64,000 nucleotides of DNA from Antedon mediterranea (Eukaryota > Animalia > Echinodermata): NCBI RefSeq assembly GCF_964355755.1, contig NC_092676.1:439788-503787 (forward strand), read 5' to 3'. Of this stretch, positions 26,652-39,749 are shown piece by piece. Within the stretch, counting starts at the first letter, position 1, and each line of letters begins with the position of its first letter. The notes below the pieces were generated by a model that saw only the letters and a program-made list of their open reading frames with translations, was not told the DNA's origin and did no database searches. Made by a program: the position numbers and the translations under genes.

Positions 26652-27454
26652 TTATACTACTGGCATATATAAAAACGCATTGGTAATGTAAATGTGAGAG
26701 GCTACATAAAAGTTACTTATCACTATGGACGTATATTAAAAATGTGTAAATTAAAAACTTGAAAATCGTTGACAATCACTTAAATTTAGACTTAAATTTA
26801 GCAATCAAAGTAAGTGCAATACCAACATTCATTTCAGCATTAAAGTGAAAAAGACAATGGCTTTTTTGTAAGTAATTTTTTATAAGCATAATTAGGTTTT
26901 ATTGAGAAGATCTTCCACGAACGCATCATATTTAATAATGACAATGCTGTGAGTATCACTGGCTGGATCTCAATGGAAATACAAATAAAAAAACTATTTA
27001 ATTAACAATAAAAAGCTCAATCAAAACGATAATGTACAGCCATATATTGAAAGAAATATAAATCATGTATGAGGGCCACAATTGAAAGAAAACTAATTTG
27101 ATTAATTTATATATTGACACTCTGTAATATATTTGCACAAGACAATTGTGATTTGATCACTGAATAAATGTTAATGTACTGTATTGTTTTTATGTGTAGA
27201 GAGATTATATTTACAATAAATTTATACAGTTTATTATCAAAGTTGTGTTTATACTGTTTTGGAATATTAATGTGTGCGAGTTTATAACATTTAACTGGTC
27301 GAAAATTACGAACATAAGAAAACAAGTTCCAGTTATTTTTATGTAACCTAAAACACCCCTTTCAGACATGGAATATTCTAAAAAGGGGGCGTGACGTTTA
27401 AAGTTCACAAAGAATATTGTGGAAATAGGATTTTGGTGGAAAAGTATCTAAAAA

Positions 27455-28340
27455 ATGGCTTCAAAAGAAGGATTTAGCTTAGAAGTTGTAGCAGAAGAAT
27501 TCGAGAAATGTAAATCAGCCGAAAACGAAATAATTCTAGAGCACTACATAAGAGGTTACGAAGAGTTAACGAGGTAAAATTAGTTGTAGACTAGCTATAC
27601 ACATGCCTAGCTAGTTAGGCTTAATTTAATGATTGTTTAAGAAGGGAAAAGGCAGACAAAGACTCCCTCTGTGAGGATGGCAAAGTCGTTTCGTCTCAAT
27701 CGATATACTATAAATAGTGTATATAAATTACGATCTAACATCTGAAATTAGTATTGAAATCAATTACAATTTATTAGTTTTTTTTTCATTAATTTTCTTT
27801 TTATATTAAATTTTTAGAGTTTTTGAACACCTTGGCACCATATTCTCATTCATCACATCAGATCTGAAAGATAAGATAAGAATTTTGAAAGAACACCAAA
27901 AGGCAACGTCAGACCACTTTAAGTCTGTTCACACTATGGTTAAGTTTGAACTAGACAATGAATTAACAATCGGAAAAAATTCCAGTGGGCTTTTATCTGG
28001 TTGCAGGACACTACTACGACTACACAGAGCTCTTCTTTTTATAAGTTCTTTCCTCAAGGAACTTATTGAAAGCAACGAAAATGATAGCGTACCAAAGATG
28101 GCGTCCAACGTCTATGCAAGTACGATCGCTAATTATCACACTTGGCTTGTACGAAATACTGCGTACTTAGCAATGCGTACTCTACCAAACAAGAAGACGC
28201 TACAGGGCAGACTCTGTACGTCACCCACTTCCGAAAAGACGGCAGAGGAAATCGTCGGCGAATGCATTAAACAAATGATGCCAGTGTATGATATAGTGCA
28301 AGCTTTTTATTCTGAACGTAGCCTACTAGAATTACCTTAA
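27455..28340 (+). CDS. CPTP: Ceramide-1-phosphate transfer protein (GLTP fold)
   Basis: Exons 27455-27573 and 27818-28340: MASKEGFSLEVV..LGTIFSFITSDLKDK..SGCRTLLRLHRAL..YHTWLVR..TLP..SLLELP*, matching CPTP/GLTPD1. Confidence 0.93.
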
Positions 28341-28829
28341 ACAATCTTAATATTAAATCTCCAAATTTGCTGGTAAAATGGACTTAATATGCAAAAAATT
28401 GCAATTCATTTACTTTAATTTGTTTAGTTGTAGTTTTTAATGATGCCTTATGCTGTTTGTTTGTAATTGTATAAAATCAGATGTTGTCATTTGATGCCTC
28501 CGCCCGCCGCATACATAATTATGTTCTATTTTTGTTTTGATTAACCAATTAAATAAACTATTTTTTATCAAAAATTAAGTGCAATAATAATTAAAGTATA
28601 TCTGAAATCATGACACTGTGCCGGTATAATAAATGCTTTTGATTTGCAAGTCATTTGGGTTTTTTTTCCATTTCTGATGTTAACTATTTTAAGAAGAAGA
28701 ACCACATTCTAAAATATAGAAAGACAAATTCTATTCAATAAGATGATAAATAGCAGCAAGTCATTGATTTGCACGGCGGTCGTGTGGTCAATTTATAAAT
28801 AGAGCGATTCGCACGTACGCGATCACATA

Positions 28830-28933
28830 CCCCGGAAGTGTATAATAAACCATTGAACCACATCCACGTGTGACGTGTTGAGTGTTTGTTCGGGACTTTT
28901 CTCGTGTTGTATCGGGTAATTGTAGTGGTAAGT
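28830..28933 (+). promoter_or_regulatory. Housekeeping-type promoter with a short first exon and no ORF
   Basis: CCGGAAGTG (ETS) ~28832, CACGTG ~28865, TGACGT, pyrimidine tract CTTTTCTC ~28896, donor G|GTAAGT at 28928. Confidence 0.45.
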
Positions 28934-31013
28934 TTTTAGAATATATATTTTTTTGCTAGTAAACATTAACAAAATTATTAAATTGTTGGGTAAATTTAGT
29001 TAAGGCAGGCATTTCTTCGCAATCCGATCTAGGGCTAGATAGTAGTTAGTAGGCCTAGGCATATTTAATGCCCAATACTAATTAGTATTATTAAAAAAAA
29101 AGTCTCGGAGGATGAATGATATTGGCGGCTGGCTTGATGATAGATGGATCAAACAAGGCTTGGATAGAGGGAAGATTAAGAAAAAAGCTGAAGCTGTTTA
29201 ATAAAAATGTACAAGACAAAATGGCGTTTTATTAATAATAACATTAACAGAAATAATTAAATGTAATGAAATAAAAAATCGTTATAAAACAATAAAATCA
29301 CAGGGTAGGTAAGGTCTACTACTAAACCTGATCATTTAAATTATAAATTTGATCCTCATATTATTTATTTTTTTTCTTCACCTTTATTTGAAAAATATTT
29401 AGTTAATTAATGTAAACATTTTTGAATACTCACTAGTCCTATTATTGGCATTTCTTGATAACTTATATTTATACAACTGAACAATCTAGGTTTTCACACA
29501 TTTAAATTACAAATAGTATATTGACTTTTGCTTTGAATTTAAGAATGTATAGTATTTTAAAATACTATAAGTAGTAATCAAATGATTATGTAACAGTTTG
29601 AAAAGTGACTAAATAATTTAATGATAATTTTTCCCTATTTCAGAAAGATATCAGTCTGTCATCATACTGTATAATTACTATTGAGAAGAGAGTGCACAGT
29701 GGTATTTTAGACAAGAATTAAATACAAAGGCCAGAACTGATGGACAATTATATTTTAATAGTAATAATAATTTATATTTTTGATTCTTGAAAAGGAGCAG
29801 TATCCTATGGGATTACAAATAAAATCACTATTTTCACACACCTCATTGTTCACATATATAGACTTTAAAGTGAAAGGAAATAACCAGAATTCAGTTATCA
29901 GTACTGTTGTTTAGGCCTATTGGCTTCTTTTGTAATACAAGAAATCAAAATAATTACATAATTTTTCTTGTATTTAATTAAGAAGGCTAAAACCATACAT
30001 TGGTAATTTATTTATTGAGTGTATTTAATTATTCCATAGCTTTAATACTGTATAAACAACTTTGAAGTTAGATTTTTCAGTCTTTTTATTGCATTTTAAT
30101 CCTGTCCGTAATATTGAAAGTTGAGCTAATAAAAGTAGGTTGTCCCACAAAAGAACAACTTATGATTATGAATTTTTTAAATTAATATTTAATACTTTTA
30201 CTTTTTTGAAATAAAAAAAAAATGTAACAATTGTTTTTTGTATGTTTGTATCTAGATGTATGTAGGCCTACAGTATATTACAGTTGTGGCAGATCGTAGT
30301 AAAATTCCCCTTGCAATGAAATAAATTTGTAAATTGTAGGCCTAAAGCACACAAAATAGAAAGAGAGGGTCCGAACAGGGGAAAGAACATCCCCCTGCCC
30401 CATTAATTTTTTTTAAAAAAATTGAAAAGACAGTTTTGGACAATATATCAGCAATTATTACAATTCATCTCCAAAAAATGCTTCTCTCGCACATAAACTG
30501 TGCCATCATCCCAGTAAGCCTAGGCCAAAGGCGGCCGACCTTGGGCGTGAACTGCGTAGCATCGCGCTGCGCCCCGCGACACTATTTATAACTATGCCTC
30601 AACCGACTGCCTACAAAATTCGTCCTCCATACAGTCAGTGTTTATTCTGTAGCCGTTTGAGGTTGGACAGTGATATACGCATATGTAAGTGTAATATCAA
30701 ATGGAGTAAATTTATATAATCGAATTTTATATACTGTAGATGTTCTTTCATTTTGACGCGAAAGATAAAATAAAGTCGTACTGTTTATCGCGTAGATGTA
30801 AACCCTATTTGTTTACATTGATTTGGTGGCGTGCCGCATTGCCTACTGGGTAATCCGCTTGCCGTCGCCGAGAGAATGGCTGCCCATCATGTAATTATCT
30901 TTTTTCGAGCGTCAGTTCCATATCTTGCGCCACTACGTGGCGCTATACGATCTTTGCGTACGACCACGTGTGGATGCAGTCAACCGGAAAGAAACGTACG
31001 ATTCAAAACAAAA

Positions 31014-34000
31014 ATGGTGGAACAAGAATTTCGTGTCGTTGAGTTCTACAGTGGAATTGGTGGTATGCATTTTGCATTAAAAGGTAAATTTTGGGTTTAT
31101 TAGTTTCTATAGTATTAGATTAGTCCATCGGAAGAATGCGTACTCGATCATAAGACTAGCAAGGTAACAGGTAGTGTATGTAGAAGTTAGGCCTAGCTAG
31201 CTAGGCTACGCGGTTTCTGGTGTTTGTTTTGAATATGTAGCCCAGCAGGGCCAGAGCAGAGCAGGCTGTAGAAGTAGTACGTACTGTGAGGCTAGAGTAC
31301 ATAGTTAACCATGAACATGTAAGGCAAGTAATCGAGGCGTCGGTGATTAATTTTAGCAATTTCTTTATCACTTAAAAATACTAGATTAATTCAACATCCA
31401 CCCACCAGCCAGGCTGATTGCGCTTCCTCCTTCCATATTAAAATACGCCGTGGCTAAAGATACGGTACCGTATCCTAACTTCCGTTTACTAAAGATACGG
31501 TAAAATTGCATTACGTCATAATCAGCCAATGGGTGCTGGTACGTGTGTGACGTCATCGTATAAGGACTTTGGATTTTTTTCACATCGCGTCTGTAGAGAA
31601 TGCCTATCGGCGGCGCCAGGCTGCATGGATGTGTGCGCTTATGATTCTGTGACTCAGTCAGCCTCGGGGCTAGACCTAGTAATGTTGAATCCAGAATCGT
31701 CGATGCTGTAGTAATAGATCAAGATCATGTGGTTGGTGGACATAAAGCGTTTAAATCATGCACTCAATCTCAAATATTATTTCATTATACAACATTAAAC
31801 ACTTACACTTGCGTCTAGTTCATTCGTCCATAGGCCTATAGTTACTATGAGGGTTTTATTTTTATTACAAATTGCCTATTTAGGCCTATATTTTTTAATA
31901 AACTTTGTTTACAGATGGTGACCATAAACAAAAAGCAAATGCGGACAATAAAGGGGCCCTCAAATACTATGATTTAGACAATAGGCCTAGCCCCAGGTCT
32001 GAGTCACAGAACTCAGCGCACACATGCAGCTGGCCCCAGCCTGGCAAACAAACTCATATACCGAGGCTATATAGCATGGTTATAGTACGTAGTAGGCCTC
32101 TTTTGAAACGGTAAATTTCTGTATTCTAGAATTAAAATCAACATATTTTAGCCTATCAATAATAACAGACGTAGGCCTAGGCTACATTTAGTTTTGTCAC
32201 ACGACGGGGATAATAGCGATAAATGAAGCATAATAAAGAAAATGTTAAGCCGCCGGTTGATCACTGTTTTCGCAATATGAAAAAAAATCCCAAGTCCTTA
32301 TACGATGATGTCACACACGTACAGCACCCCATTGGCTGACTATGACGTAATGCAATTTTACCGTACCTTTAGCAAACGGAAGTTCGGATACGGTACCGTA
32401 TCTTTAGCCACAACGATTAAAATAAAACAAACTATTAGTGTTTTTATTTTTCAGAATGTGGAATAAATGCAACTGTTGTCGCTGCACTTGATATTAACAC
32501 CGTTGCCAATCAAGTCTATCAACACAATTTTCCTTTAACCAAAATATTTCAAAGAAATATTGAAGTATGTACCGTATATAAAAAAAAATGCTCTGACATA
32601 ATTAATGTATGTTCACATCAAATTAAATCGAATAAACATTTATAAATACAGTATTTATGTTCTCCTTTCCTATTTACCTGTAAAGTACAAAATTATTAAT
32701 TTTTTCTCTTTCTCATTAAATAAGAATCAGAAAAAAAGTATTTATATTAAGTATGTTATGACCATTATTAAATTGATTTAAAAAAATGATTTATTCATGG
32801 AGGAACACATAACCTCAAATGTCTCAAGATCAAGTTTCTACAAGTATGTGTGATGGCTGTTTTTCTAATCTAGATAAAAAGTGTAGGAAAGTTGTTAAAT
32901 AGTTAATCAAGAAGTTAAGTCAAGTTAAGTTAGTTAAGTTAAGTCAAGTTAAGTTAGTTAAGTTAAGTTAAGTCAAGTTATATCATTTAAGGTATATATC
33001 ATCAAAGCATGTGTATAACATTATTGTTTGTTTTAATTAAATTCTCTTTTTTCCACATTGAAGTCAATTTCACTGAAGGAGTTTCAAGCATTAAATGCTG
33101 ATGTATTTTTGATGAGTCCGCCATGTCAACCATTTACAAGGTGCAATATCTCTTTTGTTTGTTTTATTCTTTACTCACATTAAACATTCATAGATTCATT
33201 TTAATTCATTGTAATTTTGTATGAAAGGCTAATAATAGTTGATAAATCTTTTTAAAGCAATAGCTTTAATTATCCTGTTTAAACTCAGTAAATGTGTATT
33301 TTTTTTTCAGGAGTGGTAAACAAGGGGATAATGAAGACCCAAGGACAAAGAGTTTCCTTTATATATTAAACCTTTTTGGAAGGTAAAAACATATTAAAGT
33401 TATTCATGTGAGACATTGAATGATTGACACATTATCATGCAGAAATTAAAGACTATTTTCACAAATTGCATACAGTTTGATTTTATTACAAATTTCATAT
33501 TTTGTTCTTGATTAACTACTTGCAACAATTTCCTACACTTTTTATCTAGATTAGAAAAACAGCCATCACACATACTTGTAGAAAATGTAAAAGGTTTTGA
33601 AACTTCAGAAACAAGGTATGTTAATGAGTGATAGTGATAGTATAGGTCGCCATTGAGTGATTGACCAGGCAAATGAAGGAATTATTAGAAAATTAGTTAG
33701 ATTGACCACCGACAACTTGCTAACTTTTATAATAGAACTTGGTACTATTTTATATATTAAACAATGAAAACTAATTTTATGAAAAAATTAAAATTATTGA
33801 CTGGTATTAAAAACTTTTTCTTTCAGAAACCTTCTTTTACAAACATTATCAGCTTGCAACTATGTTTATAAGGTTTGATACATTATTACATTCATTAGTT
33901 GAATTAACTTTAAAATGTTCTGTGATGTGATACAAACGGGATATATCATTATTCTATCTGCCATGCCAATTTGCTTCATATTTTCCAGGAATTTCTACTA

Positions 34001-35370
34001 TCTCCTTATCATCTTGGTATTCCAAACCAGCGACTTCGATATTTTCTAGTGGCAAAACAACGTCCCCACCAATTTGTTTCTGATTATTTGTTAGAAAATG
34101 GACATTTATTGGACAATTACCTCATAGAGAACTCAGCTAGTAGTAATGATGAACTTAAGGAAAGAAGGAATGAATTGGCCGCTGAAGGATCTGAAGGAGC
34201 CTCAGAAAAACATGCTTTAAAAGTCCCAAAGGCAGCATCACTTAGCCAACAAAAAGACCAATTCTCAAATTATTTGCCTAATAGGACTATAAAAATGTAT
34301 TTAGAAGAGTTACCAGACATTGTAACTGAAGAACATAAGATTGATGCGAAGGTGTTGATTAGATATGGCAAGGTAATGGACATAGTAACTGAGGAATGTG
34401 AAAGAACCATGTGTTTCACGAAAGCGTAAGTAAAATCTAGAATTGTTAACAACTATTTCAGCATGTTTCATTATTATTAATTTGTGTGTACTTTTTGTGT
34501 TGGTTGACCTCTATGTTCACTGTAAGAGGAAAAGAGTCTTAGAAAAATAAGAAAATAAAAGAATTACAAATATGGTGTTGAAATCATTAAATTTAATAAT
34601 TTTATTTTCAGGTATTTTCATTACATTGAAGGAACTGGTTCAGTCTTGCAAATGAACAAAACATTACAGGTAAGCTACACTCATAAAACACAATATAGAT
34701 TTTGTAATGGAATGGTTTTTTATTCCCATGCTAATACAGTTCATTAATTTATTTACAGAAATCAGAAGTGTTTCAGAGTTTAGAATCAACTGATGATGAC
34801 TTAGATAAATGTGAAATTTTGAAGAATTTAAACGTCCGATACTTTACATCAAAAGAAATAGCAAACTTACACCACCTACCGCCAGATTTTTGTGAGTAAC
34901 TCAGAGTTGTTTTAATATATTTATCTGGTCATATTTCGCCACGTTTCTATAGTTGGAATCAGATTTTATTGAAATAAAAGTGAGTTATAACTATTGATAT
35001 CCTACCTTTTGTACTAAACCATTAGTTGAATTAAGTTGTGTCTATACACTATCAAACTAGTTTGACAAAAAAAAGTGTGATGTACCCAAATTTGGTATGC
35101 CCAAATATGGTAGTGATATGACATCATCATGTCCATATATCGGCACATCACATTTTTTTGCCACATAAAGTTTGATAGACAGCGCTTCTGTAGCACAATC
35201 ATCATAATCACCACATACTATGTGATGTTCTGTAAGTTTGTTTAAAGTTTGTTCTTATTTTTTCCGTAGCATTCCCAAAGGAAATAACCAGGAAGCAACA
35301 GTATAAGTTGCTAGGCAACAGTTTGAATAGTCATGTGGTATCAGTCTTGTTGAGGTTTATGTTTTCTTAG
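31014..35370 (+). CDS. TRDMT1: tRNA(Asp) C38 methyltransferase TRDMT1 (DNMT2)
   Basis: Exons 31014-31083, 32455-32564, 33064-33140, 33311-33382, 33550-33615, 33827-33872, 33989-34425, 34612-34669, 34759-34891, 35270-35370. Motifs EFYSGIGG, SPPCQPFTR, ENVKGFE, PNQRLRYF, the DNMT2-specific CFTKAY..EGTGS, RYFT..EIANL, LLGNSLN. Confidence 0.96.
31446..32415. mobile_element. Non-autonomous element with ~135-bp terminal inverted repeats in TRDMT1 intron 1
   Basis: 31450-31582 is the near reverse complement of 32278-32411 (GTGGCTAAAGATACGGTACCGTATCC..); TSD unclear. Confidence 0.8.
32910..32980. repeat. (AAGTT/AAGTC)n microsatellite
   Basis: Directly visible. Confidence 0.85.
35035..35186. mobile_element. 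MITE family A copy
   Basis: Core plus degenerate TIRs. Confidence 0.75.
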
Positions 35371-37424
35371 AAGTAGCTACAGTGCCTTGAGAGAGAAATT
35401 GGTGTGGTCACAAGAATCACGAAAAATCAGCAGCAAAAAATTGTCTGAAGAAGATAGTAATGAAAAGAATGAAAGAGATACTGTAGTAAAGAATTTAAAA
35501 TAAAAAGATGTCAAGGGAAGACAATACATTCTAGTATTATAAATAAACATTAATAATTATTATTATCAATGAAAACCGTGTTTATACAATATTCAATCCA
35601 GTTACTCAACAACAATATTCAATTTAGTATTACAATAATCAATGGTAGACATAACTAAAACTATTAACAGAATAAAAATATACAGAATGTTTAATAAATT
35701 ATGTACAGTATACGTTTTGTGTATTTTCATGTTTATTATCGTACATCGTAATCGTCTGAAGTATGTAATCCTCCTCCTATACAGGTACGGTACTGTATTT
35801 ATTTTGTATAATTATGTGTTCAGTAAAAAAACTAACTTGCGCCCTCTATAGTTGGTACTAATTCGAGCTACTCTTTTTCTCTCTGTATTGATTATCTCCG
35901 CTCTGCCCTTGCTTGATTTGGCTGTTTGACGATTTTCGGAAGATTATTTGAAAGATAAAAACCATATTTGACTGAATTTTCAAGTTAACGGTAAGATGAG
36001 TTTGAGAGTATATTATGTGTTTTTTCTGGAATGTTGTTTAATAGATGACAACTTAGAATTTTAGCTTAAAAATACCGATGGAGTGGAGTAGCCCAACCCA
36101 GCCAGGTTTTTCACAGGCCTAGCTTGTTGAGGGATATGATGGATGGGAACCGTTGACTGACTGCTGGATGATGACAAGCTGTGGTGCTCGCCGTGCATTT
36201 GATTGTTTGAAATTGGAGCGTAAATAAATCTCAAAGGCACCTGACGACCCTTAGCTTTCTTATCCGTTGACACATATGCAGTAATTTGAAGAATTACACA
36301 TTAGAAAATGAGTTTGAATAATAAATTTATAAATAAATTAGATAAAAAATGATTTTTTATTCACTTTTTTTAGTGTGGCCCTAGTATAGTATTGTAGGCT
36401 TATCTACTGTTTGATAAACACCCACCTACCCAGGATAGGAGGCTCCCCTCACCATTATAGATAGGCTAGGCCAAACTTACTTTGAATGATTTCCAGTCTT
36501 TCTGTTTACAGACAGCGGAGGCTCAGCCTTGTTGTTTTAAATACTGTATTAAAATACTAATTAATAATAAAACTATTAAAATAAAAATATTGAATTTTGA
36601 AAATTATTTTTTTATTTACTATCCTAACAAAAGATATACAGACCAAGTAGTGTTCTTTTCATAGTTTTTACACTATTAAATTTCTCTAAATTTTAAGCAA
36701 TTGTTGACTGTCTGAAATCTTGCAGACTCATTGTTCACACACACACACACTGGTACCTTAATTAGGAACATATCATAGTATCAGACCATGGTGGGCTGGA
36801 GCTTATTCTCAAGGGCTTATAGTATTAACAGTTATCAAAAGTATTAAGTATATACACACCTTATTAAACAATTTAAATTCATTAAAAAGCAACTAAAATG
36901 TGGCATGGATTATGAAATCATACGAAAGAGTAATTTGAATCCCATTGGGAGAATTAACAACACATCACCTCACGGCTTTTGGTAGTTAATATTGTTAATT
37001 ATTTACTTGAATAGTTTTAATCGGTGTAAAATTTAAATAAAAATGTACAGCATGTTAAATTTTATATTTTAGTATTTTCTGGGAAACCAACGCAGTTTTA
37101 GTCCTGGTAAAATATTCTGAAAAATTAAATTAAGCCTAATAATAATTTAAGTTTTATTTTAAACTTTGAATCGGGTTATAAAAAGATTTTTACATGTTTA
37201 CATGTAGAGTTTTTCATGTATTCAAAGAATTCTAAAAATTTTATTTTATTGAATATTGTGAGAACATACTTTAATTTCAACTTGTCATAGTAACTTGTTC
37301 TTTTATTATCAACAATTTGGAATTTATTGAGGAAATCGTTATTTAAATTATATTGAGAATGTAAACCTTCCCATGGTTTGAGTTGATAGGTGTTGAGTTC
37401 CTTACTCTAATGCTAGAGCATAAT

Positions 37425-38996
37425 TGGTTATCCGCAACGAAGTTGCAGGATAACCTCTTGTGATTGTACGAAATCATTCTGTATGATTTTTGTGTAACGC
37501 TTTTCTCTAAAACTCGCAAACATAACATTTCGGTAACTATCTTAACATATTGACATTTACGTAACGTCGTCAAGCGAAGCTTTTCATGACGTTTACAATT
37601 GCGCAACGTGACTTACGCGCGATTTAACGATTTTGTCGTATTTAACATAGCTCGACAACCAAATAACATTTCAACTTGAAACTTTGCAAAAGTTTAATTT
37701 ATATCATGCGCTAACTTTCTGTTGAAAAAAAATTCCGTGTTTTACACAAAGTTACGCGCGCACGCGCATTTAAAATTTCAAAATGCGCAAAATTAATTTC
37801 TAATCAACTTTCTACGCGTTTCATGTCGTTTTAAGCATGTCAAAAATTCCCACGCGTGCGCACAATTTTACGTGTGCGGTGCGCACGTAGCATTGAAAAC
37901 GTATTTTTTTTTGCGTGATTTATGTTTTTCCAGCCTTTTCTAGTAATTTTACCAAATTTTAAACAATTTCGACTTAAAGATACGTCATACGAGCACGTCG
38001 AATTGAACAATTTGCGCGCGTTTTTTATGAAAAGGTTAATAAATTCGTTTAAAATATGCCTTTTTTTAAACAGTCGTAATTTCTAAACTAGACGGTCAAC
38101 TTTTTGTGGATGATATATTCTGGAAGTAGATGAGTTGTAGATATCGGATCAGGTAATAATATGGCTAACCGGACATTGTGACGTCATCGTATGGCCACGC
38201 GAATATAAAATTTAGGATTTTTGTATCTTTCGTCATAGCTCATCACATTGAATAGAGCGCATCTCCACTTATTCGTTTTCCATTTTCACCCAGATTTTGA
38301 TATTGTCTAGGTCAATCAACTATCTTTCGCATGAGTTAAAAATATTTTAATTTTTTTGACGTCATCATGCCTAAAAATTTAAATCACGTGTGGCATCAAT
38401 TTCATCTTTACAGTAAATTTTAATCTGTTATAGCTCGTAAGAATAAAATTTGATAATCACGATTAAAACTTTTTCTGGAAGCTATTGGATTGTAGATACG
38501 AAATTATGTAAAAATGTTGCCAATCGGATGTTGTGACGTCATCATATGGTCAGTTAAATAAAAAAGGTCGTATTTTCATCTTTTGCGTCATAATTCATTA
38601 CATTTAAACGAGCGCGCATCAATATTTCACGTATTCAAATTTCTTCTACACGCTAATACGTTGTTGCTGAGATAATTTCCTTTCGGAATTGCTACCTTCG
38701 CGTTTCATTTTAAAACCGTCAACATGTTAAAAATTGCAATAAATAGCGGGTCCCGTAATTTCACCTATTCTATGTATGTCACTGTATGTGATATGGATAC
38801 AGATTATACTGTGTATACTATATATGAATTTAAATAATAAAATTCAGCAATAACAACATATCATATTCTTCAGTTCAGGTCATAATGCCAACGTGAACAC
38901 TTCCTTTTGTCCTCAACCTATCCCCTTAATGTTAATGTTGCACCACTTGCGCGGCGGATAACCAAACTCGTCAAAGTGACGAGTTACATGTCTAGT
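37425..38996 (+). mobile_element. Non-autonomous Helentron/HINE (DINE-1-like rolling-circle element)
   Basis: 5' sub-TIR hairpin GGTTATCCGCAAC..GTTGCAGGATAACC (37426-37455); 3' sub-TIR GCGGATAACCAA (38954-38965); 3' stem-loop AACTCGTCAAAGTGACGAGTT (38965-38985); CTAGT end; no TSD; diverged internal ~365-bp repeats. Confidence 0.8.
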
Positions 38997-39749
38997 ATTA
39001 AAGTATAGTAACTATCCAACCTTGCCATGGTTTGAGTTGATAGGTGTTGAGTTCCTTACTCTAATGCTAGAGCATAATATTAAAGTACAGTAACTATCCA
39101 ACCTTGCCATGGTTTGAGTTGATAGGTGTTGAGTTCCTTACTCTAATGCTAGAGCATAATATTAAAGTACAGTAACTATCCAACCTTGCCATGGTTTGAG
39201 TTGATAGGTGTTGAGTTCCTTACTCTAATGCTAGAGCATAATATTAAAGTATAGTAACTATCCAACCTTGCCATGGTTTGAGTTGATAGGTGTTGAGTTC
39301 CTTACTCTAATGCTAGAGCATAATATTAAAGTATAGTAACTATCCAACCTTGCCATGGTTTGAGTTGATAGGTGTTGAGTTCCTTACTCTAATGCTAGAG
39401 CATAATATTAAAGTATAGTAACTATCCAACCTTGCCATGGTTTGAGTTGATAGGTGTTGAGTTCCTTACTCTAATGCTAGAGCATAATATTAAAGTACAG
39501 TAACTATCCAACCTTGCCATGGTTTGAGTTGATAGGTGTTGAGTTCCTTACTCTAATGCTAGAGCATAATATTAAAGTACAGTAACTATCCAACCTTGCC
39601 ATGGTTTGAGTTGATAGGTGTTGAGTTCCTTACTCTAATGCTAGAGCATAATATTAAAGTATAGTAACTATCCAACCTTGCCATGGTTTGAGTTGATAGG
39701 TGTTGAGTTCCTTACTCTAATGCTAGAGCATAATACAGTAACTATCCAA
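38997..39749. repeat. Tandem array, 82 bp x 9 plus a partial unit
   Basis: Unit ATTAAAGTAYAGTAACTATCCAACCTTGCCATGG..CTAGAGCATAAT; another partial unit at 37364-37424. Confidence 0.95.

Noticed and set aside
31014-35370. DNA methyltransferase or restriction-modification system
   Set aside because: The CFT motif, intron structure and lack of a partner nuclease indicate the ordinary tRNA methyltransferase DNMT2.
36165-36246. C/D snoRNA (ATGATGA..CTGA)
   Set aside because: No terminal stem and no rRNA-complementary guide that I can recognise.
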